64,000 nt of DNA from an uncultured Opitutales bacterium. Its GTDB lineage: Bacteria > Verrucomicrobiota > Verrucomicrobiia > Opitutales > JBHJGM01. Below the pieces are notes generated by a model that did no database searches, was not told where the DNA came from, and saw nothing but the letters and a program-made list of their open reading frames with translations. Of this stretch, positions 9,718 through 17,407 are shown one piece after another (position 1 is the stretch's first letter; the number at the start of each line of letters is the position of its first letter). The stretch is taken from positions 33,180 through 97,179 of the forward strand of contig CAYOPI010000003.1 in the NCBI GenBank assembly GCA_964405825.1, read 5' to 3'. A program made the translations under genes and the position numbers.

Positions 9718-9884
9718 GGCGGAAGGCGAAGGGTCTGAAAGGTTGGGCCCGGACGGGTCAGGTGGAGCGCCTCAAGGACTCTGGGGGCGGCGATGGGTCA
9801 CGCCCCGGTAGACTTGTGCACAAGCCGCCAATCTAGGGACGGCGCGCGGGCCTTGTCATCAAGAAAAGCAGGCCAGGCGGGTGC

Positions 9885-11339
9885 TCAGGTAAGGTAAAAG
9901 CCGTCGGCAAGGGGGGGACGTTCGGCTTCCGGCAGGGCCAGCCATTTCGCGACGAAGGTGGCCTCGTCGTTGGCAAAGAGCGGACTGACCTCCAGGGTGA
10001 AGGGAGGGAGGCCGGTCTCGTCGGTCTGGAGGGGGGCGCCGGCGGCCTTGAGCCAGCGGGCGAACTGGCGGCACTGGTCGTCGCGGCTGCTCTGGGGCGA
10101 GTCCACGCCCTGGGCGTTCTTGACCGGGCTGAAGACGTCGGCGCGGCGGGCCTCGACGATGACGGGATTGCGGGCGAAAGGCAGTGCGTCGAAGACAAAC
10201 ATCTCGAACTTGACGCCGTTGGGGGCGTCGGGGGACACGGGCAGACCCTGGGCATCGACGGTGGTGATCTTCTTGTCGGCGCGGTGGAAGACGAGGCGAA
10301 CGTCGGGGTCGGCGCCGGTGCCGCAGCGCTCGATGAAGCCCCGGGCAAAGACGTGAATGGCGATGGAGCCAGCGCGGTAGAAGAGTTCGCCGGCGTTGTC
10401 GCGCTGCTCGGCGAGTTCGTCGGGCAGATCGGAGTATTCGATGACCACGGTGCGCCCGCGCTGGCGGCAGAAGTGACCCAGCTTCTCTTTGGCGTAAGCC
10501 TTGGGGATCATGATGCTGGAGAGGTCGCTGCGACCCTGCAGGTGGAAGCCGATGAAGACCGGGTCGATGACCGGCACGAGGGGGTTGTCGACCTGGAAGT
10601 AGCTGAGGGTGTCGATGCCCTGGGCGGCCATCGTCTGGCAGGCCCCGGAGCGGACAAGGGCCCGGAGTGAGCCGCCGTGGCCGTCCGGGCTCATCGCGAT
10701 GGAGTCCCTGGCCGCGAGGAGGATTTTTCCGCCAGGGTCGACCGCGGGCATACGCCCCTGGCGGAAGAGGTGGACGGTGTCCGCGCCCAGGCCAAACCAG
10801 TTGTTTTGGGAGAAGAACTGCTCGGTGGCCTCGTGGTTGGCGTGGCTGGTCATGATGAACCAGGGGATGGGCGCACCGTAGCGCTGACGCCCGGCCAGGA
10901 TCTTCTCGGCAAAGACTTCAAAGAGCGTCTTCTGCTTCACCGGGGTGACGGGGAAGGTGCCCTTGGGACCGTCGTAGCCCAGGCGGGTGCCCTGGCCTCC
11001 GGCGACGACGAAGGCACCGACGCGGCCGGCCTGGAGGGCTTCCTCGCCCGTCCGGCGGGCGGCCTCGCGCTGCTGGAGGCCCTCGGTGTCGCCCGGGACC
11101 GGCAGCGGGACGAAGGGGGCGGGCTCGAGATCGCTCAGGTCGACGCCGGTGCCGGAGTGCCCCTGGACAAGGGTTTCGTTGAGGTGGGCCAGCTCCTGGA
11201 GGTCGATCTCGGCGGCCTCGCCGAGCAACCGCGCCCGCCCGGCGGTGTCGAGGTCGTCCCAGAACCGGAAAACGTGCGCCTGCCCGGCCGCGTCGAACTG
11301 TTCGCGCAATGCCTCCTCCGAAATCGATACCGTACTCAT
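9885..11339 (-). CDS. UDPGP-family UDP-sugar (UDP-N-acetylhexosamine-type) pyrophosphorylase
   Basis: Motif VAGGQGTRLGYDGPKG.FPV.....KTLFE........PW.IMTS..NH..T..FF, which resembles UAP1/QRI1-type enzymes. The true start is at the internal Met (MSTVSISEE, ATG at 11339); the 5' extension of the track ORF overlaps the ftsB-like gene. Confidence 0.8.
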   Translation of the reverse strand: MSTVSISEEALREQFDAAGQAHVFRFWDDLDTAGRARLLGEAAEIDLQELAHLNETLVQGHSGTGVDLSDLEPAPFVPLPVPGDTEGLQQREAARRTGEEALQAGRVGAFVVAGGQGTRLGYDGPKGTFPVTPVKQKTLFEVFAEKILAGRQRYGAPIPWFIMTSHANHEATEQFFSQNNWFGLGADTVHLFRQGRMPAVDPGGKILLAARDSIAMSPDGHGGSLRALVRSGACQTMAAQGIDTLSYFQVDNPLVPVIDPVFIGFHLQGRSDLSSIMIPKAYAKEKLGHFCRQRGRTVVIEYSDLPDELAEQRDNAGELFYRAGSIAIHVFARGFIERCGTGADPDVRLVFHRADKKITTVDAQGLPVSPDAPNGVKFEMFVFDALPFARNPVIVEARRADVFSPVKNAQGVDSPQSSRDDQCRQFARWLKAAGAPLQTDETGLPPFTLEVSPLFANDEATFVAKWLALPEAERPPLADGFYLT

Positions 11340-11488
11340 GCTTTGCTGGCTGTTAGGTGACCGCAGAAACGCGCGCGAGCCTGCCACCGGGTCCGGCAGT
11401 GGACAAGTCCGGAGTGGGCGGCAAGGCGGTGGTCGCCGCCACGACGGCGCCAGCAGACCCGGGCTCCCGACCGAAGCCAGCGGGGCGG

Positions 11489-11848
11489 TCACTCCTGGGG
11501 GAAGCGGAAGACGGTGTCGCCTTCGCGGATGTAGCCGAGGCGGTCACGCAGGACGCGTTCGGCGAGAGCGTCGTCGGTTTCGAGGCGCTCGGCAAAGGCG
11601 CGCTGGCGTTCGATGCGGGCCTGCAGGGCGCGGATTTCGACCGAGAGGGCGGCCTCCCGAGTGCGCTGATGGGCCAGCTCGCGATGGCCTTGCTGGAATT
11701 CGCCCCAGCACACCACACAGGTAACGATGAAGACCACGAGCAGCGCAGCAAAGCCCAGCTGGTGAGCCCAGGGCTGCGCCGGACGCGCTCCTGTTTCCCA
11801 ATTGCCCTGCGGCTGCTCCTTTCGTGTCTCCACGTTCTGGATACACAA
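11489..11848 (-). CDS. Septum formation initiator (FtsB/DivIC-like) protein
   Basis: Single TM (LGFAALLVVFIVTCVVCW), then a coiled coil, then the characteristic C-terminus ERVLRDRLGYIREGDTVFRF. The start codon is uncertain. Confidence 0.65.
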   Translation of the reverse strand: MCIQNVETRKEQPQGNWETGARPAQPWAHQLGFAALLVVFIVTCVVCWGEFQQGHRELAHQRTREAALSVEIRALQARIERQRAFAERLETDDALAERVLRDRLGYIREGDTVFRFPQE

Positions 11849-12073
11849 AGGCGTTCGAGGGCGTGCCGGGCAAGCGCAAAAGCAAAGTGCGTGAGGCCTG
11901 CACGCATCTGTTGGGGTGGCTTAACGAAGGTCGCACGCAGCCGACTGTATAGCCTGATGGCGGAGGCTGCCCAGGGCCTCGGCCCGTTTGCCTACGCACG
12001 CTTGTATTGTCCCGGCTGGCGCCGCGGACCGTTCGCTCCGGTCCGCTGCTGCTGGAACCGGGCGTTTTCACCG

Positions 12074-12886
12074 ATGTACGCCGACTTTTACGGATTCAGC
12101 GAGATGCCCTTCAACGGGACGCCCGACCCGCGGTTCCTGTTCCTCTCGCCGGGTCACCAGGAAGCGCTGGCGCACCTGCGTTACGGGATTGAGGATCGCA
12201 AGGGATTTATCGTGCTGGTGGGCGAGGTGGGCTGCGGCAAGACGACCCTGTGCCGCGCGCTGCTGAACGAGCTGGAGCCTTCGATCTATGAGACCGCGCT
12301 GATCATGAATCCGCGGATCAACGAGGTGCAGCTGGTGCTGACGATTTTGCGCGAGATCGGCGAGGATGTGGATCCGTCGTCGGTGATCGACCCGACGGGC
12401 GAACTCAACGAGGCACTCCTGCGCCGCATCGCCGCGGGCAAGGAAATCGTGCTGATCATCGACGAGGCGCAGAACCTGTCCTTCGAGGTGCTCGAGCAGC
12501 TGCGGCTGCTTTCGAACCTGGAGACCGACGACCGCAAGCTGCTGCAGATCGTCCTGATCGGCCAGCCCGAGCTGAAGGAGAAACTGGCCGAGAAACGCCT
12601 GCGCCAGTTGCGGCAGCGCATCCAGGTTTACTTTGAGCTGAAGCCCCTGAGGGGCCGCGGCGAAATCAACGCCTACATTCAACACCGCCTGACGCTGGCC
12701 GGGGGGATTGGCCGCCCGCAGTTTACGGGGCGCGCACTGCAGGCGATCTGCAAACGCACCCAGGGCACGCCCCGGCTGATCAACACGCTCTGCGACAAGT
12801 CGCTGCTGTCGGCCTTTGTGCGCAGCGCCGACGTGGTGCGCTCCTCGGACGTGCGTCGCGGGCTCAAGGAGATGAGCAAGTTCTAA
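12074..12886 (+). CDS. ExeA/GspA/MshM-like AAA ATPase (AAA_22), with no peptidoglycan-binding domain
   Basis: From the ATG at 12074: MYADFYGFSEMPFNGTPDPRFLFLSPGHQEALAHLRYGI. Walker A is GEVGCGKTTL, Walker B is LIIDEAQNL, and the sequence continues LLSNLETD..KLLQIVLIGQPEL and GTPRLIN.LCD. The upstream 239 codons of the track ORF are a spurious extension. Confidence 0.85.
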   Translation: MYADFYGFSEMPFNGTPDPRFLFLSPGHQEALAHLRYGIEDRKGFIVLVGEVGCGKTTLCRALLNELEPSIYETALIMNPRINEVQLVLTILREIGEDVDPSSVIDPTGELNEALLRRIAAGKEIVLIIDEAQNLSFEVLEQLRLLSNLETDDRKLLQIVLIGQPELKEKLAEKRLRQLRQRIQVYFELKPLRGRGEINAYIQHRLTLAGGIGRPQFTGRALQAICKRTQGTPRLINTLCDKSLLSAFVRSADVVRSSDVRRGLKEMSKF

Positions 12887-12994
12887 GGGTGGTCCAAGGT
12901 CCGGGGGCGTTGGTCCCTGGTCCGGCAAAGACGACGCGCGCTTTTTCCGACTTTCTGCCTGCTGGCTCCAGATTCCTGAACGTTTTCCGCTTTC

Positions 12995-13720
12995 GTGTCC
13001 CTCATTCAACAGGCCCTGCGCAAGCACGCGAACACGCCCCCGTCCATTCCCCGGAGCGCGGGTGCGCGTGGTCGGGGACGTTCGCCCGTTCGCGGTGCCT
13101 CGCAGCTGATTCCGGTGGAGACAATCGAGCTGACGCCCAAGGAGGAGGGCGGCGTCAACGGGCGGCTGATGACGCTGGCGGTCATCTCGGGGCTGCTGGC
13201 GCTGGCGGGGTTGTTTACGATTGCAGGGTACTTCCTGACCGCAGAACCCGCCAACACGGTGACGGCCGGGCCCTCGCAGACCAACGTCTACCTGAACAAC
13301 ACTTTTCACGAGCCCGCGGCCACGGTGCCGGCTCCGGCCGCGACGTCGAGCGGGGCCAACCAGACTTTCAGCCTGCCGGGACCCGGGGCCGACGAAGCGC
13401 CGACCCAGCCGGTTGAATCCAGTGCGCCGCCGGAGGCCGTCACCGATGTCGACGCGCTGGCGAGCTTTGAAGAACCGGCCGCAGTGGCCGCCGTGGCCGA
13501 CGAAACGTTGCAGCTGGTGCGGCGGACTCCGATTCAGGCGCTGCGCTTCTACGGACCGGGCGATCCGCGCAACAAAATTTTCGCGGCCAACCGCCTGCTG
13601 CGCGCCGGCGACCTGTTCCTGGAGAAACCTGAACTGAAAATCGCCCGTATCCTTCAATCTGCGGTTATTTTGGTCGATGAAACAGGACGTGAGTTCAGGA
13701 AGCCAGTCCTCGGACGCTGA
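12995..13720 (+). CDS. Single-pass membrane protein, GspB/ExeB-like C-terminal domain (putative)
   Basis: N-terminus MSLIQQALRK, one TM (LMTLAVISGLLALAGLFTIAGYF), a Pro/Ala-rich linker and a C-terminal block of about 60 aa (IQALRFYG.......IFAANRLLRAGDLF....LKIARILQSAVILVDETGREF). This matches the pattern I recall for T2SSB domains. It sits immediately after the ExeA-like gene. Confidence 0.55.
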   Translation: MSLIQQALRKHANTPPSIPRSAGARGRGRSPVRGASQLIPVETIELTPKEEGGVNGRLMTLAVISGLLALAGLFTIAGYFLTAEPANTVTAGPSQTNVYLNNTFHEPAATVPAPAATSSGANQTFSLPGPGADEAPTQPVESSAPPEAVTDVDALASFEEPAAVAAVADETLQLVRRTPIQALRFYGPGDPRNKIFAANRLLRAGDLFLEKPELKIARILQSAVILVDETGREFRKPVLGR

Positions 13721-15245
13721 TCCCTCGTCGTCGCCGCCCGAAAATCTCAGTGCGGCCCCGCAGCAGCCGACTCCGGCCGAGTCTGCGCCCGAGGCGTCCA
13801 CGGCCCGCGCGTTGCAACCGGTTACGCCCGAGCAGCCGCCCAAGCCTTCGTTGAAGCTTCGTCCGCAGCCGGCCGATGCGCCTGAGCCCGCCGCGCCCGC
13901 GCCCCTGGGACAGGAACCCGCGCCGGCGCTTGAGCCGCTCACGCCACAGGCACCCGAGCCGCAGTTGCCGGCCGCGCCCGCGCCCGAAGCCGTTTCGCAG
14001 CCGCAAGCACCGGTTGAGCCGCAGCTGCCGGCGGGTCTGCCGCCGCTGGAGCCTCTTTCCTCGACAAACCCGGGTCTTGAATCGCCCGCTGAGCCCGCGC
14101 CGTCTCAGCCGCAGGCCCAGGATCCGGCACCCTCGGTGCCGCCGGCACCTTTACAGGGTCAGCCGCCCGTGGAAACGCCCTCCCCGGCCGAAGCGCCCCA
14201 GGTGGCTGCCCCGCCAACCGGTGGAACCGCGCCGCGCTTCGAGATTCGCAAGGGCCCGCCGCGTGAAAGCGTGGCCAAGGGAGTGACTCTGCCTCCGATC
14301 AGCCAGTCGCGCCCGCAGGTGCCCGGGCAGGGTGTTCAACCCGGCGAAAGCGCCCCGCCCCAGCCTGTTTTCAGCGGGCTGCCGGACAACCCGCCCCCGC
14401 AGCTGCCCGAAGACATTCGCCAACCCGATTTCAATCCGGCCGTTTCGACCGACCTGGCCGCGCAAGCCCTCGAGGGCACCCTGAACCCGGAACCGGCGCC
14501 CGCCGCACCCCGACCCGGCCTGCGCGTGCGCAAGGAGGCCGCCGAGCCCCCGCCGTTCGTTGAGGAAGCCGCCGAACCTGTCGGCGCGGGCAAGAAGGAA
14601 AAGTCCGGGGTAAAGGGTGGCCTGTTTTTCCTGCTGGTGCTGCTGTTGATCATCGGTGGCGGCACGGCGGCGTTCTTTTACGGCATCGACAAGGTGCTCG
14701 ACGGCGACTTTTTAAGTGCGGGCTCCGACGGCGGCGATGCCGGCGAACGCGGCCCGGAGACGCGCGACTTCGATGGTGAAGAAATCACGGACCCGTTTGC
14801 GGCGGTCGAAAGCCCGGTGCTGGCGACCCAGCAGCAGGTCCTCAACAACCAGGCCGCCCACGAGCGCAACGCCGAGGTGAACCGGATTCTGCAGTCGGGC
14901 GGAAAACAACCGCGCATACTTTCAAGCAACCCCAACGCAACCCTTCCCGAGGCGGTGAACACACCGCAGGCCACGCCCACACCGACGCCTGCGGCCCCGC
15001 CCCCCGCGCCGATCAAAAAGCTCAAGCCGCAGCCCGAGGTGGTTCACTACCTGCGCTCGCTGCACATCACCGGCGTTTTCATGAACGGGTCGGGCAGCGC
15101 GAAGATGATGGTCGACGGACAGGTCTTTCTGCTGGGCCAGACGATCAACCCGGACCTGCAGCTGCGCTGGGTGGATTACCGCAAGGAAGACGGCCGGCTG
15201 ATCTTCCAGGACGCCCAGGGCATGGGCTACGTGAAGAAGTTCTAG
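13677..15245 (+). CDS. Proline-rich single-pass membrane protein with a second GspB-like C-terminal domain
   Basis: 522-aa ORF. About 320 aa are low-complexity and P/A/Q/E-rich, followed by a TM (GGLFFLLVLLLIIGGGTAAFFYGI). The C-terminus is LHITGVFMNGSGSAKMMVDGQVFLLGQTINPDLQLRWVDYRKEDGRLIFQDAQGMGY. It overlaps the preceding gene by 44 nt, and the start is uncertain. Confidence 0.55.
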   Translation: MKQDVSSGSQSSDADPSSSPPENLSAAPQQPTPAESAPEASTARALQPVTPEQPPKPSLKLRPQPADAPEPAAPAPLGQEPAPALEPLTPQAPEPQLPAAPAPEAVSQPQAPVEPQLPAGLPPLEPLSSTNPGLESPAEPAPSQPQAQDPAPSVPPAPLQGQPPVETPSPAEAPQVAAPPTGGTAPRFEIRKGPPRESVAKGVTLPPISQSRPQVPGQGVQPGESAPPQPVFSGLPDNPPPQLPEDIRQPDFNPAVSTDLAAQALEGTLNPEPAPAAPRPGLRVRKEAAEPPPFVEEAAEPVGAGKKEKSGVKGGLFFLLVLLLIIGGGTAAFFYGIDKVLDGDFLSAGSDGGDAGERGPETRDFDGEEITDPFAAVESPVLATQQQVLNNQAAHERNAEVNRILQSGGKQPRILSSNPNATLPEAVNTPQATPTPTPAAPPPAPIKKLKPQPEVVHYLRSLHITGVFMNGSGSAKMMVDGQVFLLGQTINPDLQLRWVDYRKEDGRLIFQDAQGMGYVKKF

Positions 15246-15269
15246 GGCGCGCGCGCGTCCGCAGCTTAG

Positions 15270-16154
15270 TTAGTACACCACCTGGCGGTGCTGGCGACGG
15301 TATTGGCGGGGGGCGACACCGAAGCGTTTCTGGAAGAGGGTGTAGAAGTGGCTGAGGTTGGGCAGGCCCACGCTGGCGGCCACCTCCATGATGGGAACGT
15401 CGCTGCTTTCGAGCTGGCGGGCGGCGTGTTCGAGGCGCAGGTCGCGAATGAGCTGTGAGGGCGTGCGCCCGACGAATTCACGGGTAACGCGGGTGACATG
15501 CTCGTGACTGCGTCCGCACAGGCGCACGAAGGCCGGGACGCCCTCGGCAAAACGCTCGCGGTGCTCGACCTTTTTCAGGGCGGTGACCAGCCAGTCGGGC
15601 GTGCCGGCGGGGAGGGTGTTGGCCTCGGGGTCGCGCAGTTCGTAGAAGAGGTTGAGCAGGAAGCGCTCAAGGAAGAAGCGCTCGCGGGGGGCGGCGGCCA
15701 GCTCGCGCAAGGCGCTCTCGAGGCGTCCGAGTTCGCTGGGAGTGAGTTCGCGAAGCTCGGGCTGATTGCCGGCGGCGGCGAAGAAGCGGGCCTTGTCGCA
15801 GAGGTAGCGCGTCTGCATGAACTCGGCGGTGCCGGTGGGGAAGGCCAGGTTGGCGATGCGCAGGGGCTCGGGTCCGTTGGGCTCAAGGGTGTGGAAGTCG
15901 GACTCGCGGATGAAGACGAGCGCGCCGGGTTCGAGGTACTCGGTCTGGCCGTTGATGGTGTGGCGGCAGCGTCCGTGCTGGACGACGAAGAGTTCGGTGA
16001 AGTCGTGGCCGTGGTAGCCGCGGTCGGTCGCGCGGCGGGGGAGTTCGCCCTCCATCAAGTGAAAAGCCGCCCCAGCAGCCGCAATGTCGCGCCAGTACAG
16101 AACTTTCACGGGGGCGAGTTCGCAGAAGCGGAAGAGGGCGGGTGGAAGCGACAA
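15270..16154 (-). CDS. AraC-family transcriptional regulator (cupin sensor plus HTH)
   Basis: N-terminal cupin-like region with HGHDFTELFVV. The C-terminal AraC HTH signature is VAASVGLPNLSHFYTLFQKRFGVAPRQYR. Confidence 0.88.
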   Translation of the reverse strand: MSLPPALFRFCELAPVKVLYWRDIAAAGAAFHLMEGELPRRATDRGYHGHDFTELFVVQHGRCRHTINGQTEYLEPGALVFIRESDFHTLEPNGPEPLRIANLAFPTGTAEFMQTRYLCDKARFFAAAGNQPELRELTPSELGRLESALRELAAAPRERFFLERFLLNLFYELRDPEANTLPAGTPDWLVTALKKVEHRERFAEGVPAFVRLCGRSHEHVTRVTREFVGRTPSQLIRDLRLEHAARQLESSDVPIMEVAASVGLPNLSHFYTLFQKRFGVAPRQYRRQHRQVVY

Positions 16155-16238
16155 CGCCGTCGCTTATGGTTGTCAAAAAACCAAAAGAAAAAGGCGCTTG
16201 GGCGCAAGAGAAATCAACTCAGATAAGGTATAAAGAAA

Positions 16239-17138
16239 TTGAATACGCGAGAACCAGTTCCACTTTCACCTTTGGAAACGCTCATGACCACCGCCCTCAC
16301 GCCCACTGGACGCCACCCCGGCGCCAGCCGCTCCCGTTTGAACGATGCTCAGGTGTCCGAATACCGCCGGGAGGGCTTCACGATTCTCAACGAGCCGATT
16401 CTGTCGGCGGCGAAGTTTGAGGGACTGAAGGCGCATTTTGAAAAGAAGCTGGCGCAGTGGCCGGCGGACCAGCGTCCCGAGGGCATGGACGTGCCGCACT
16501 TCACCGACCCGGCGCTGTTTGAGTGGATTTTTGACGACGCGATCCTCGACCTGGTGGAGCCGTTGATCGGTCCGGACATCGCGTTGTTTTCGACGCACTT
16601 CATCTGCAAGCCTAAGGGGGATGGCCGCCGGGTGCCCTGGCACGAGGATTCGGCGTATTGGAAGACGGCGGTGAGCCCGATGGAGGTGGTTACGGTGTGG
16701 CTGGCCATCGACCCATCGACCAAAGCCAACGGCTGCATGCGGGTGATCCCGCGCACGCACGAAGGCACCGACCAGGCCGGCTTTTCCGACTACGACGAGG
16801 TCGACCCGAACCAGAATGTCTTTCCGACGGAGATCACGCCAAAGCAGCGCAACGACGCGTTGGCCGTCGATCTCGAGTTGCAGGCCAACGAAGCCTCGCT
16901 GCACGACGCCAAGCTGATGCACGGCTCGGAGGCCAACACCAGCGACATCCGCCGCTGCGGCTACACCATGCGGTTCATGCCTTCGTCGGTGAAGCTGTCG
17001 GAGAAGAACCAGGCGTATCACCAGCTGTACCTGGCGCGCGGCAAGAACCTATCGGGGCAGACCTGTTACGGCGACCCGGGCCAGGCCTACGACGCACTGC
17101 GCGAGTCCCGCCTCAAGCGCGGCAAGGCGGGGCACTAG
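16239..17138 (+). CDS. Phytanoyl-CoA dioxygenase (PhyH) family Fe(II)/2-oxoglutarate oxygenase
   Basis: Starts with a Y.REGF.IL motif, then PWHEDSAYW (HxD facial triad) and a distal HGSE.N.S...R motif. Confidence 0.8.
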   Translation: MNTREPVPLSPLETLMTTALTPTGRHPGASRSRLNDAQVSEYRREGFTILNEPILSAAKFEGLKAHFEKKLAQWPADQRPEGMDVPHFTDPALFEWIFDDAILDLVEPLIGPDIALFSTHFICKPKGDGRRVPWHEDSAYWKTAVSPMEVVTVWLAIDPSTKANGCMRVIPRTHEGTDQAGFSDYDEVDPNQNVFPTEITPKQRNDALAVDLELQANEASLHDAKLMHGSEANTSDIRRCGYTMRFMPSSVKLSEKNQAYHQLYLARGKNLSGQTCYGDPGQAYDALRESRLKRGKAGH

Positions 17139-17407
17139 GCCTTTCGCATTGCCTGGGCCAAGGCCCGGAAGCTCGGCGTTTTTCCCGTGGCGGGAGCGCT
17201 GCCGGCACCTTGTGGCCATTTCCCATGGCAAAGGCCGATGCGGCGGATCGGATTTCTGAGGCAAGCCCGTCGACGTAGCTCGAAGCGAGGGGGACGCGCA
17301 AATGGAGGCAAGCCTCAGCGTAAGACAGCCTGTTAGATTGTTCGTTGACTCGGCCTGGCGACGAACTATTATGCGCGACGAACCTCGCTCACCTCGAAAT
17401 TGCTCCG

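Noticed and set aside
11357-12073. 5' 239 codons of the 509-aa ORF that contains the ExeA-like ATPase. Comparable 5' extensions occur on ORFs at 9885-11492, 39096-40622, 41594-42460, 48997-50529, 50019-52193, 21590-22447 and 58810-62256.
   Set aside because: The extensions overlap neighbouring genes or divergent intergenic regions, have Arg/Pro/Ala-rich composition, and are followed by internal Met codons that give canonical family N-termini. These internal starts often have 4-nt ATGA coupling to the upstream gene.
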